From Takakia lepidozioides (lineage: Eukaryota; Plantae; Bryophyta): a stretch of DNA of 64,000 bases. The notes beneath the pieces are model-generated. The model was given only the letters and a program-made list of their open reading frames with translations. It was not told the DNA's origin and searched no databases. Within the stretch, counting starts at the first letter, position 1; every line of letters starts with the position of its first letter. A program made the translations under genes and the position numbers. The stretch covers positions 17,236,001-17,300,000 of the forward strand of contig CM060734.1 of NCBI GenBank assembly GCA_030704615.1, written 5' to 3'. Positions 36,800 to 49,695 of the stretch are shown piece after piece.

Positions 36800-38570
36800 G
36801 TGAGGACCCCTATGTTCCAATGGAGGGGAAAGAGAGATCCTGTGGATTCCATTGGATGCAGAGTCTATCCCACTACACTACCAAATTTGTTGCTAGCTCA
36901 TTCCAGGCTGAACACCGTGTCCTTTGTACGGCGTGGAAGGATGCACCCACATTTGATGACGCGGAGGTTAAGTTTGCTATCATCGAGGCTTGGTGGAACA
37001 CGTCAGGTGCAGTGGAGACAACCAATCTGGGAGCATTGCACAGCTGGTTGGGGTGGTGGCATTTTCGGTATCGACAGTTCGGACAGTACATGCGGGAGGT
37101 AGGCTGCTGTCAATTTCGTTCATTTGTCTTTATGTTACGGACATTTCGATTGGTCCCTCACCATTGTTTGTGTCCTTCTAGGAGCGGTGCTTGGATTCCA
37201 ACACGGACATGCCGAACACGAATATGGCAGAATCGGTCCACTCCTCCTGGCGAGCGTCTTCTGCACACATCTGGTGGACGTAGTGACGGCCACAACGGAG
37301 GACATCGACAGAGCAATCATGCAGCAAGCCACGTACTACAAGTTCTTGAGCGGCAAACAATGGGGCTTTGGGCCGGACAGGGAGGAATTGTTGGTACGAA
37401 CAGCTTCGAGGTCCAAGAATCCAGTGAAATGGGCGACAGCATTGCGAGAGAAGATCAAAGGGACGCCTCTGCACCGCAGAGGTGAACACCTAGAGGGGGA
37501 CGTCCGGACTCGCCCTGTCAGGCGGAGGATTGAAGAGGAACCCGGGTGCGAAGAGGATCCTGGAGATCCGACAGGAACATTCGGACAGCACCTCGAGGTC
37601 CCGTCATGTTGCCGCACAATGTGTCTTCCAGCAGTGGAAGCCCAAGAAATTCCAGATCGCCGTCGCCTTCAACCGGGGATTTCGTGCAAAAAATTCCCAC
37701 CGCTCCCTTGCCCCACATTCCGCCCGCTGTTATGCAGTATGGCCAAGCCATTGTGGAGACAACTGTGTTTGCATCACAGTGGAGAATTGCTCGCACAAAG
37801 CCGTCGTTTCGAGGAAGGTGTTCCGCAATTCGTGTGGATACATGGCAACGTTGTTTAGAGATGATAAGGAGGAATCCAGATGGGGCTGTCCCTGCTCTTA
37901 CTTTTACAGGAAGATTTGTCCATGCAAAGTTTTGCGGAGGCGACAAACCACCCAGTTCTGGTTCTGCAGGCACGACATTATGACTTGCGTGTATGGAACG
38001 CCCAAGTACGGCATACAAACTATGCCAGAGGCTCCCCCTTGTGGCCAGTGGACCAGGCTGCGATCTGAGTCAGGTTGAGGCCGACGCCCTTACCGCCGCA
38101 GGATTTTGGATGGTGCAGCGCACTGACGTCCCCAGAAACCATTCCGCTTCCACAGCCTCCGCCATCGACCCCTGTGAGAGCAAGAACAATGGACACGACA
38201 GCTCTAGCATCCTACACACCGTTGGGGGAAACCGAAGAGGCGGGGCACCTCCGCAAAAGTGAACGAGACAAGGATGGGGAATGCACTTCGGATAACTGTA
38301 CAATCCAGAGCTCGACAGAAGTGCCCCCACCAGGATTCGGCGTGTGTATCAGAGGCCACGACGGGCCTCAGCTGTTCACAATGAGGTGTACACCATCACC
38401 ATTTCAGAATTACCCACCTGCAATTGCACCGACTTCCAGATCATAGGCAAACAAGGGGGCATCATACTGCCCTTGCAAGCATTTGTACTACGTGTACCTA
38501 AAGAGACTCCGTTGTAATTCCACAACTCATCACTTCATACATGCACCAGGGTTGAGCCCCCAGTAGGTTC
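36800..38570 (+). pseudogene. MULE-like transposase C-terminal half with SWIM zinc finger
   Basis: MEGKERSCGFH...WWHFRY; same intron position as copy 1; NMAESVHSSW; YTITISELPTCNCTDF...CPCKHLYYV at ~38390-38500. Confidence 0.85.
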
Positions 38571-39479
38571 ACACTCTCATCTTCTGAATATGGATCCAGG
38601 GGCCAGTGAGCTTGGCTTGCGGTCCCAATACAATGGTACGCCCATCCTTTTCGGATAGTAGAACTGTACTGCTGCCAGTACCCCCTCAGACTCTGGCCAC
38701 AGAAAGGTCCGACATATGTCTTGCCTACCAGTACCCTGTTTTGCTCGAACTAAGATATTACTATATCGTTCACTTGCTTCCACGTGCATGTATTTTTGTA
38801 TGTTGGGGGTTCATGTTTTTCTGCTTTCCTTCCGAAAACTTGCTTTCCTCATTCGACCTCTCCTACAGAAATGCGGCGCCGCATTTCAAGTATCGTCGTA
38901 GGTACTGGCAGAGGCGGCCTCACCAACACCAAACCGCTCCGAAATTTTGGCACGTGCGAACCCTAATGCGGCACCTTATTTTCCCAGTTCAGTTGCAAAC
39001 CTTTCCCGCCGAATCCCGAAGAAGACAGAATTGTGAAGTACTGCAGACTGTATTGGTGCAAACTCCATTGGTTCAATCGCGGCAAAAGGGTCAGCTTCAT
39101 TCCAATGTTAAGGCATGTAAAACCGCGGAATACTCTATTCAGGCCAGTATGCGACATCCTTTTGCAGTGGTATACTGGATTTCCCGTTGCACGGTCACTT
39201 ATTTCCATGAGCGGATCTAAAAAACCATGAGCGGACTTGTTACTGACGACATATCTTCGCCGCATTACATGATCTGGAACGTCCAAAAACGGCAAGGTCA
39301 AATAAAAAAAAAACTATTATTTTAATACTTGTTTAATCTGCCGCATTTCCAAATTTGGAGGAGTCCGCTCATGAAATCCGCGTATCTTAGACTTCGGCTC
39401 ACCGCTCATCGGCTCATGCGGCTCATGGCTCATGGCTCATGGTTTCTGCTCATGAAATAGTAAACCTCTATATGGCCCC

Positions 39480-40430
39480 TCCCTTATCGGCAACACTTAA
39501 CACATATTAGTAAAATTCAAACCACAAAAAACTACTCAGATTATTCCCCTATCTACCTCACCCCCCCCCCCAACTATATCTAATAGTTACCCTCCCTACC
39601 CACAAACATCACCAGCCAGTATCTTACTCTCTCCCCCCCTCCCTTCATATATATCTCATCAAGAACATATGCACACCCCACCCCCTACCAACTTCACCCC
39701 CAATATACTCCCCCCACCCACTCAATCTCCACCAGCTACTCCCATCCACTCTCTGCACACTCTCTCCGTGCCCCCCAAATCCCGACTCCTTTCACCGGCA
39801 AGTGTACTGATAAGGTACTAATCCATATCATATATCACCCAGCACGACTCCTCACCCATAGCCCCCAAGGCCGACCCCAACTACACTCAGAAAAATCCAA
39901 ACACTTCTTCCACCACCCCCCCACCCCAAACAACTTGTACTCAAGTATTTGCCTAAACTTATTATTACTCCACTATGGTCCATACACCCAAACCCAGGTC
40001 CTCTTAATATTCAAAAAATCATTGACACTCTCTCTCTAGACTCTCAAAACAGATACACCCTCTATTTCCAACCAGACTCCCTGACACTGGTACACAGCTA
40101 CCGCCATGTCTCAGAACACTTCACACCATTTTTTCCCCACATCCAGCCTACAACACAGCACATCACAACCTTTGGGCTCCCCCCTAGCCGATGTCCAACA
40201 CTATCAAAGGCTCTGTCTAGACTCAAATCCTTCCCCATTTCCCATACCCTCTTCTCCCTCATCGTCATCATCTCTCATCTCCCTGACACTTGCAATGACT
40301 ATCTTCACTCCCACTCGATCACCCCAATATGCACCCTTTTATCAGAACTACAACAACTACCACCCCATCCACACAACTACCAGGCCCCCCCTACCACCTA
40401 TCTGAGACTCACTCCTCCCTTAACATCTTG
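39480..40430 (+). mobile_element. C-rich degenerate fragment, possibly a non-LTR retrotransposon
   Basis: Extreme C/A strand skew; ORF containing SIHPNPGP; no RT or endonuclease seen. Confidence 0.3.
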
Positions 40431-40829
40431 AACTCCGAGACTGGGTTCGTCCATAAAATTCTCGGGGACCACCTAGCGACAGCCTCCTCGTCATCCCAAG
40501 TTGTGGATGAATTAATGAGGATGAAGGAGAGTCAATGTGGATGGCACGCTCCAAATATGGATGAATGTGGATGAAAAGTTGTGGATGGATACGGATGAAA
40601 TATTATGCATGAATGAGAGTGGATGAATGTTGAACGAGGATGTCATTATAACATTTATCTAAACCAAGCACAACGATCAATGTTGTTTGCACAAACATCA
40701 CAAATTGGAGAAAATCCCTCATAAAGCACATGATAAATTTAATCAATGTCTGTCATTTGGGGAAAGGTAGACTGATGAAAGCAACGTAGAATAAGACAAC
40801 ACAACAGATGTGAGACAAATATTTGATTC

Positions 40830-41233
40830 TTTGATTTTCTCCCACTGGTTATTGCGACACTCCACTGTGCAACACGCTCCACTTTCATTTTCCTCTTCAG
40901 GGTCGACACATTGTGAGCCATTTTAGCACCATACTTCTTGCAACGCACCACATCACCACCCTAAACTGGCACTCAACTGAAAATGCGACCTAGTCGCCTT
41001 GCAAGTGAGTACAATCTGCTCCTCTCTCCTGAGAGAGCACTAAAATTTTCAAGCATACCCATTAGTTGTAACAACATATTAGAAGATGAATTTGGCTACC
41101 AGTTGTGCATGAGGAGGAGTTCTAGGTCTTTCACATTGTGCACCAAAATTTTGACAAAACCACCAGGCAACACATGCTTTGTCTTCTTGTTTGACCCATA
41201 ACCAATGTTAGGCATCAGTTTGGCCCCTTGAAC
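40830..41233 (-). pseudogene. RPL32: 60S ribosomal protein eL32 fragment, two exons with an intron (~40940-41099)
   Basis: [38 protein letters not shown] | KYGAKMAHNVSTLKRKMKVERVAQ matches the eL32 C-terminal half; frameshift after FKG; no 5' part. Confidence 0.9.
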
Positions 41234-41555
41234 ATATGAGGCTGAGCATGCATGTTAACTTTGCTCATGCAGCTCTCTAGAATGATGTGAAATCCAGATT
41301 GTAATGAACAACTGCTTGGAGTACATTGTTGTCAATGCATACAAGCCATGAACTGTGCATTGACAGCCAACAAGCAGGCAATCATGATTAACAATTGAGA
41401 ACAGGCAAAATGTGATACCATCCTACAACTACATTACCACGAACCCACTGTCCAATGCAACCATGGTATTATAAAGTTGCGTATGGACACAAAATGTGTC
41501 ACACTCACGGCTCGCCACGTCACCACAATAAATAAATAAAATGGAAGTTTGCATT

Positions 41556-42700
41556 TCAGTCACTACAACTATCCCCCGAAACTTGGGCACTATCATTGAC
41601 AAAAACCCGAGCTCCGAGGTGCCTGTTGGGCTTCCGAGCAGGCCGACAGGCAGTTGGGGGAGACATCGTGACACTCTGCTGATGAGCAATGGCCTCCGCG
41701 TAGTCAGGGAGGATGTATGAACGAGGAGGGCTGCACCACAAGTCACTCTGAAGAACAGAGACGTCGTGCAAAGGAATAGCTTACAATATCCTGCCACCCA
41801 AATTACATGTACTGCATTAGCTAATGTGAAAGACAAGGGGGGGGGGGGGGGGCTGCTGTAGCATGCTATAACTGGGAAGCGAACACCAAACAAACTTACT
41901 CACATGTGAAATCGTCGTCGAGGTCCTTGTCGTCTCCCTTGTTGATATCAACATGCACTACAACCTCCTACTCTTTGGCGGCAGGCATTGGTTGTAACTC
42001 TTGGAGGAGGTCAGTAAAAATGGCCGCATCCCCTTCCATACCCAACAAATGTCGGCCCGCTGCGTTGTAAGCATGGTACAAAGCTCATGCAAGACACAGT
42101 TGTGTTACTAAGATGTTACAAATTGTGTATCAAGGGAAAATAGACCACAGAAGGAGAGATGTCAAACCTGTTCCAAGAGTCAGGTCGACGATGCGCGCCT
42201 CCGGATGGGAACATGTCTCAATAATAGTTTGAATAAAAATTGGGCTCTTCTCCTTGGCCCCTCTCCATGGTGTTCCACTCGACTTTCTCAAACAGACATT
42301 TGAATCCACGTAATTGTAGTGCATATCGTCGACCACTGATCAAACTTCTCGTTCATGAAACAAGCTCCCCCATGAAGCCTGAACTCCTTCAGGCTGCACC
42401 CTGACGAGGCAGATGGCTTCAAAAGGCGGGTCTGCATGGAAGCCAACACGAAGCACAAATGAGCGAATGCATACAAACAGACAAAAAAACAGTACAACTT
42501 CACCCCTTCAAAATTGAGTGCGTGGACACACTCAATTCTGGAGGGGTGAACAGAAAAATGAATTGAAGCAGACAAGAGAAGAATGCTACCATTTATCGGA
42601 GTGGATGATTACCACTTGTCCCGGACAGTCCCCCTTCGTTAGGTATAAGTTGTTGACACCATTCCACCATTCTTGGTTGCAAACAGGCATGTCCATACAA
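41556..42700 (-). pseudogene. 3' exons of the ParB-MTase gene, copy 3
   Basis: DDMHYNY...PWRGAKEKSPIFIQTIIETCSHPEARIVDLTLGTG; GRHLLGMEGD; last exon SPPRSYILPDYAEA...FVNDSAQ. Confidence 0.8.
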
Positions 42701-43486
42701 GCACCAAAAGAGGAATCCCCCCCCCCCCCCAACCGGAAGCTAATCTCAATGGAAGGACAGACAAAAAAACAGGTATCAGACCCTCTGAAACTGAGTGCAT
42801 CAACGCACTCAGCTCTGAAGGGTTTTGATTTGCCCAGTAGAAGTAAGCATGCCCAGACAGGCAACAAACATGAACTACCATCCAAAACCATAAGCACGAC
42901 TCAAGGGGGACGAACCACAGGTGCGTTTGTGGCCCTCTGAAATTGTGTGCGTCAACGCACTCAGTTTTGGAGGGCCACAAGTGGCAAAAGATTTATTTAT
43001 ATATTTATTTATTTTGGTTTTTGGGTTCTCCCTCCTTTCTTGCCTAGAACTGAGTGCGTCAATGCACCCAATTTCTTCACTCATAAAGGAGCTCCGTAAA
43101 CGCACTCAGTTTCTCAACACCAGTTGTGAAGGGTTCTCTTCAAGTTCCTCTTTGTGCACAATGGATACACACAAAGAGTTCATGGTGTGAAATCACCCCC
43201 ACAAACTGAGTGCGTTGACGCACTCAATTTATGGGGCTCTTTCCAATAGTATTCTCTTCCATCTCCTCTCTCTCTGAATGATGTTTTGTCTGCTGACCTA
43301 TTTCGATAAATGGAGTGAGAGAATCCCCAGAAACTGTGTGAGTCGACGCACTCAATTTCTGGAGGTCTTGAGTTTGTCTCCAGTTTTTGAAGTCCTCACA
43401 TGATGGTTCTATTTCTGTCCGCGATTGCCAGAAAGGAGAATAAAATAGCACCCCTAAAAATTGAGTGCGTCAACACACTTAGTTTT
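42510..43486. repeat. ~8 dispersed palindromes AAYTGAGTGCGTCRACGCACTCARTT
   Basis: Copies near 42512, 42790, 42942, 43048, 43090, 43204, 43331 and 43458. Confidence 0.85.
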
Positions 43487-43509
43487 CGTAACCTCTCCAC
43501 AGCCAATAA

Positions 43510-44790
43510 TCAAACAAGCACAGACAGATTACCTTCGGTCATTTGTTAGGAGCACTCCCCGATGCATCTCCTTCTTCTCTTTCTTCTCGAAAGAGGCGGA
43601 TGACAATGGTTTTGCAGTTGTGCAAGAACATGTCCTAGCAACACGCTTTGAGCTCAACAATGGCACTGTCTTCCTCGAGAGAGAGGTGTACGGTGTTGAC
43701 GGGAAGTTGGTCAAATACACATTCCAAAAACCTGATGAAACTGTGCATATTAGTCAGTGGAGAGTTCCTCCAGGAAGATATAGGGTCCTCGGAGCTCCCC
43801 GCCGGCAGTCCGTTGGCTCATATCACACAGGGAACTGCAGCTTCGGTGGTTCAAGACAAAAAGGATGTGGTGGTGAAAATGGAGACAACAACCTCCACCC
43901 CAATTGTTGAGCTCTTGGACTCATCGGAGGAGGACGTCTTTGAATTTCCATCTGCGGTGCATCCACCGTTAGTTGTAGAAATGGAAGTTAAAGACATCTG
44001 CAGTATCATTCCAAAGCTGAAGTCAATGGGAGGGATGGCCAGTTTCAAGAGTGAGTTATGGGGAATTGACTGGGACACTTTCAATATTGAACGTGTTGAG
44101 TTCCTGCCGGAGACATTTGATGGGGATATCCTCTTTGAGCTGCCTCCACCTAGGCAAGTTGGAGCTATTTCAAGTCTAATGCGAGGCCCATGGACACCCA
44201 TGGTGTAGAACAAAACATCCAAAAAGAAAGTATGACGCCTCCCGAAGGAAGCGTAACTTATGGTGTCACTTCACCACAAGGGCTACTGCCTTCCAGCTGA
44301 AAGGTGGACACCTTCATAACACACCAGACCGTGGTTTGAACCCACAACCACATCCAACGTGGTATGTGCCCATTACCACTGGGCTACATGCTGGTTGTCC
44401 AAAACATCCAATATTCAAAATCATGACAACCTCGTATTCAGGAGAACGGTTTGCAATGGGCACCTAAGGTGCGAGAATTTGAATTGCAGGCATTTCCTTC
44501 TCCCTGGAGTTCAGAACCAGAGCAAATGGGAGGGTGTCACGGACAACCCATTCAAGCCTGGGGAAAGACCTCCAAGCACCAACCCATTCTGCAGATCAAC
44601 ATGTCCATTGAGGAGATGGCGGACATGCCTTCTTGCAATCTGGCAGAGATAGTGCACAATGCATGGTTGCAGCAATCTGGAAAACGAGGAAGAGACTTGT
44701 ATGTGGCGACGGCCTATGATCTGACATGTGCTCTGCAGCAACAAACCATATACCAGGAGTTTGGGGTGGGGTTGGTGGCAAGGCTCCCGA
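43510..44790 (+). pseudogene. GCM-like MULE transposase fragments, copy 3, interrupted by a SINE
   Basis: Close to 51927-52706 (FLPETFDGDILFELPPP, HPWCRTKTS, RRTVCNGHLRC); later exon DMPSCNLAEIVHNAW. Confidence 0.82.
44223..44399 (-). mobile_element. tRNA-derived SINE with 12-bp TSD CAAAACATCCAA
   Basis: Minus-strand A box TAGCCCAGTGG, B box GGTTCAAACC, T-rich tail. TSD at 44211-44222 and 44400-44411; removing the insert restores ...RTKTSNIQN. Confidence 0.88.
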
Positions 44791-44799
44791 CAAGAATAA

Positions 44800-46020
44800 G
44801 TTGATGTTGTTGATGTGCTGCTCAAACTTGATGTACTTGTCAATTACCCATACGTGTGGCCGATTACACCATTGTGTGTAGATACTGGGGTTCCTGCAAG
44901 TAATGAGGGCCAGGCTTGTGTGCTTGGTCTTCTCAGACCTGGCAATCTTGCCAAAGTGTATGTGAGAAACGTTATCTTTACCAAAAATGTCGTGGAGGGC
45001 AGATTCTGTGGGAGCCTGGGAGTGCAGTGGGTTGAGATTTTTAGCTACCAGTGTGAGGGCGTCGCGTTCCGTAACAATTTCTTGGGGTGTGGTGGTGATG
45101 CCCGTCATGCTGGTTTGGTGGGTGCGGACCTGTGGCTTGATGAGTGTGTGATTGACCCTTACCCCTTGAGCCAACATCTGCTGCTTGGAGTCTTCGGCGG
45201 CCAGGTAAATAAAGCAGAACTTTGTCTCGGGACTTGCTTTGTAGACATTTAGTATCTCAAACTCGTCGCCGTGGAAGTACGTTTCTGTGAAGAGGTGGGT
45301 GGTCAGCTTGCTCCCAATTGTACCCAGTAGAGACTCGCTTGCCATATGGAGAGAGAGAGATGATCGGAGGAGGCGGGCAAATCGAATGTTTTTCTATCTT
45401 GCCTTGCAGTGAAACTCCAGATGCCATTGTCATCATGAAGGCTCTGTTGCCTTGTAGCAGTGCTAAACCGTCAGTGTCTGGCCTGAGCAGCTCAACTTTG
45501 AGGAGCCTGGACCAGTGTTTGCTACCGTGTTTGGTGTAGGCTATGATTGGCGCATACAGGACATTCCCAAGAGGAATGTCCAGCTCCGCTTTCTCGCCCT
45601 GTAAAGGGCTTGTTCCTTGGGCATATCAGTGTCCCAGTCAAAACGAATCGTAATGTGAGGAGGCGAGGTGGGAAGACCAGTGATTGGATTAACTTGCGTA
45701 CCTTTGGGCAGCTGCGTCAGTAGGTAGAGTTGGCCCTCACGTCCATCCGGTCGCACTGCTAGGAAAAATAACTGAGGGACATGCGGGTAGGCCTTCTGAG
45801 TGTGCCTCATTTCATGAATTTTGGAGGTGTAGAGACCTATGTGTTGGAGCTCGAAAGGGGAGCGATTTTCTTCAATGAGAGGGAGGGCCGAATCAATCGC
45901 TACTTGCTCAAGTGCTGGATACCCCATCCATAGTTGAGGGGTGTCTTGAGAGTTGCCAATTCGAGGTGGCCCTGTGCCATATACTCCCTATATTGTGCTT
46001 GCTTTGCGTCTCCGCTGGCC
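44800..46020 (-). pseudogene. Degenerate ORF with RRM-like segments, possibly LINE ORF1
   Basis: TKFCFIYL and LTLVAKNL...ALITC spacing resembles tandem RRM folds; intronless; unrelated to the flanking elements. Confidence 0.35.
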
Positions 46021-46349
46021 TGCAATAGAAATACCGGATCCAGATGTACCAGTATGGGTTGGCTGGAATATGCTTAAGACATGTATGTCTTAATGTTTCA
46101 ATTTCAATTTTAAGTACTATATGCTTGGCTCTGGAGATTTATCTGCAATCCGGGTTTTTGAAATGAGATTACAATCTACAAGTATGGTGATGAATATCAA
46201 ACCCATGGTGCTTTCATGATATGAATGACCAGGAATCCCGCCCTCCCAGTGAATTTTTGGGGTCGGAGTGGCTACTGTCAGCCTCGCTGTTGAATTCGTT
46301 GGAATTACGTTTGGAACGTGGATGAAAATCATCATGAAAGCACAAGCAG

Positions 46350-49300
46350 AAGGGAGACGGCATACCAGCTGACCAGGGAAACCCCCTTTCACAAGGTAGA
46401 GGCTGTTCACACAATTCCATGTGCGCAAAACTTCAAACCCTGAAGACTTCAGGTATGATGCCAATGCCCGACGACTATCTTTGTCACATGACTGAAAAAG
46501 CAGAAGTGTCCATGCATACAGAAACTGAACACCCAACTCCAGTAGTTGTCCTCGAATTTGTTCCAGCCTGGCGTCTTGCCCTTTGGAAGAACTTCTAGCA
46601 CAGCCTGGCCATCCGGGATGTCGAGAATGACAATGTCAGCCGCATATGTTTTCTGCACACCGCACACGAAGGTGGGACCTGTGCTCACCTGCAACATACA
46701 TGTTTTTTTTAAGAATGATGGAAAGAATGTTTTCAAAGAACCAGACTGAAATACTGCCAATGAAACTTTCAGAGAAAAAAGAAAGAAATTGGAATTCTCA
46801 CTAGATTGAGGAATGAGATTATGTTGTCCCAGGTAGGCGAAGGCACCCCAGTGTATCCTCTCTTTCGACTCTGCATCATCGACAGCCAACCCTCATTGAC
46901 AATTTTAATCTCTCATGCGGAATCAGAACGGGAAGGGTGTGGCTTGGCATCGAACACGCACTGAACTGTGCGGGTATATCTTCCAGCAGTGAAGTCCTGC
47001 CCACTCTCCATCTCATTTTTTTTCTCCTTCCCCTTGTCATTTTCCTTCTCTTTGGACTTGTCTTTGTCCTTTGGCTTTGTTGGTGAGATGGCTATGACAT
47101 CAAGAGCCTTGTCTTTTGGTTTGCGGCCCGCCTTCTTTCCCTTCTGCGGCGTTCCCTGAGCATCAGGCTCCTTGGCAGCCAATGTTGCTATGTTTCTTTG
47201 GTACTCTTCGACAGTCAGAGGCGCCAACATCTCAGCATTATTGTTCAAATATTTCATATGTTGTTCTTGAAAGGTCGTGTGCTCCGGTGGGCAGTCAAGG
47301 TATCAGCCACAATCTCTGAAGTGAGAAGGACTCCAGTCCTTCAATATCCCTGCTAAAGACATGGTTGGATCGTTTGTAGGGTCCGACCACATGTCAAGAT
47401 AGTCTGGAATACCGCTCAGGTGATTTCCTTCCATAAGCACATATTTCATGTACTTGTTAAACAGGAGATAAATCCCAACCCACCAAAGCGCGAAGTGAGA
47501 CAGATGCAAGTAGCAAAAAATGAAAAAAACATGGAATGAAATGGCTCTGAGAACTGCTCTAAGGACCTTTCAGGACCACGCGACAGCTCCGGATGTGAAT
47601 GTCGTCAACGCCATTCAAAACATTCCATTCAATGATATTGTGAATACACCCTAATCCACGTGAATGCAAACTCTCGCTTTGGAATGACACAGACATAGAA
47701 GTGAATGTCGTCAAAGACATTCACTTTGGATTTGTGAATACACTGCTAATCAAGCCTATTGATTTCTCAAAAGAGGCAAAATCATTGGATGGAAATCAGA
47801 AACTCGAGTAAGGAACCCTCCCCAAAAACTCAATGGACATTCATAATGAACATAACACTGAGGACCTCATAATAACACTGGATGTGAATGGCGTCAACGC
47901 CATTCACAGAATTACGAACAAGGAACCAATTAATACACCCTTAGCTCCCAATCCATATAAATTCAAATTGTCGTTGATGAATGACACAGACATAGAAGTG
48001 AATGTCGTCAACGACATTCACTTTGGATCTCTGATAACACAGCTAATCAAGCCTCAAGATTTCTCGCAAGAGGCAAAAGCAATGCAGAACAACTGAATGT
48101 CTGCATTGACATTCAGCAAACTAAAGTGAGGAACCCTCGCTGTAAACTCTATGGACATTACATAAACTTACATAACTCTGAGGACCTCTCAACAACTCTG
48201 GATGTGAATGTCGTCAACGCCATTCAGGGACATTATCAATTCTAATCAAGGACACTATAATTACACCCTAAGCTCCTAATCCAGGTGAATTCAAATTCTC
48301 GCTTAAGAATGACTCAGACAAAGAAGTGAATGTCGTCAACGACATTCAATTTGGATCTATGATTCAATCCTTACTAAGCCAAATTATTTCCCAAAAAGTG
48401 CAGTAGAGTTTCCAGTACGATATTGCACCTGTACACAACTCGCATCATGGCCCACTCTCCTCCAACCTGACTGTCAAAGTCGTTGGACCGTAAAATGTTA
48501 CCATCTTTGGAGAACTCCCGGAAAAAACAGTATCTCCAGGTGAGACCTCTCCACTTCCTTATGTATGCCTCCAATGACATTTGGGGAGGGGAAACAATCG
48601 AAATGTTCAAGTCCTTCAAAGTCTGATCCAGCACAATGATGGCGCGCTTTTCGAGCTGCAAATTGTATATTTGTCAGTATTGCAAGTAAGATACTCATCA
48701 CATAATTGAAGAAAAGAAAACGGCTTATTTGAATACACACCTGACTCCAAAATGTAGCCTTGTGGAGCCAGTTATCAAACACCAAATCACTGATTCCTTC
48801 CACCTTTGTGCCAGGCTGTATGGTGCTCTTTGGGAACTGATTCAAGTCCTATACTGTCTGATCTGAGTTCCATATCTCCAACCACCTTATTTTTGTTTGT
48901 GGGTCGACCATGGATATGGCCAGCCGGTGCAATTTCTCCTGCTGCATCTCCGGATGCACATGCTTGTCATAGTGAGATTTGATCTGCTGAAGGAACTCAG
49001 AACCAAGTCCAGGATCTACTATTCTAAGCTGCTTTCCGAAGGCGGACATCAATTTGGTTCTTCGCATTTCAAACTCCTTTTTTATTGCTGCTTCCACACC
49101 CTTTGATGTCCTTAGTTCCTCTGGTGTAGTGCGGTAATATTTGGATTTTCCCTTCTCAGCTGCCTCTGCTAGTTCTTGCTGCATTGATTCAAATAGTGAT
49201 TAGCACCGAAGGGACTACAAACATGTATTCGAAAAGTAAACTGAGTATAGACTCGGGCTTACCGCATACATGTACTCCAGAAACGCCTCTCGAGTCAAAG

Positions 49301-49695
49301 AATACCAAGTGCCTGCAGCTCTTCCTGTTTCACACTTCTTGATTATATTTGGGGGGAGTACTGTCCGAAAATCATCCAGCTTCATCAGACCAATCCTCTG
49401 AATTCGGAATAATGTGTGGACCAAGCTTGTTGTCACATGCGATTTCTCTGTCGATCTGCAAAAACATTGGAAACATTGCATTCCTTAACACTGTTTTTTT
49501 GGGATTAACAAGACACTACAGAGGGAATGAAATCTCTAGGATGACTTACTTGTTCACGTCGTGCATAGCTATAAGAAGCCTAGCGATGTCGTTTCCTGGA
49601 TCCAAAACCATTGCCTCCACAGCAACATGCTTGTCTTTGTCTTTTGCATGGTGTTTCTGGATGTATCCCATCCATGCCAGCAATCGGTGGTTGCC
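46350..49695 (-). pseudogene. ParB-MTase gene copy 4, middle exons (5' part displaced by inversion)
   Basis: GNHRLLAWM, KLHRLA, IRWLEIWN, FFREF, YMKYVL, IVILDIPDG, WNKFEDNYW align with copy 1. Confidence 0.85.
47590..48350. repeat. Intronic ~7 palindromes GTGAATGKCGTCAACGMCATTCAC within ~290-330-bp repeats
   Basis: Copies near 47595, 47701, 47884, 47998, 48095, 48204 and 48326. Confidence 0.88.

Larger units (their letters stand above)
35196..39468. mobile_element. Mutator-like element copy 2, internally deleted
   Basis: Ends GGGGGATGCCTCGGCGTGAGC and GCTCATGAAATAGTAAACCTC. MTase 3' exons (-) are joined directly to mid-transposase (+) at ~36790. Confidence 0.72.
40500..44790. mobile_element. 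Mutator-like element copy 3 remnant (internally deleted; ends not identified)
   Basis: MTase exons (-) 41556-42700, palindrome cluster, transposase fragments (+) 43510-44790; GGATGAAT-rich tract at 40500-40660 resembles 35360-35700. Confidence 0.65.

Noticed and set aside
35186-39478. TSD flanking copy 2
   Set aside because: The flanks GCCGGTGGTG and TATATGGCCC do not match, so the ends rest on motif similarity only.
41837-41860. Poly-G as an element terminus
   Set aside because: It lies in the intron before the conserved last exon (41556-41750).
44325-44399. Functional tRNA gene
   Set aside because: A and B boxes are present but there is no complete cloverleaf; it is followed by an unrelated body, a tail and a TSD, so it is a SINE.
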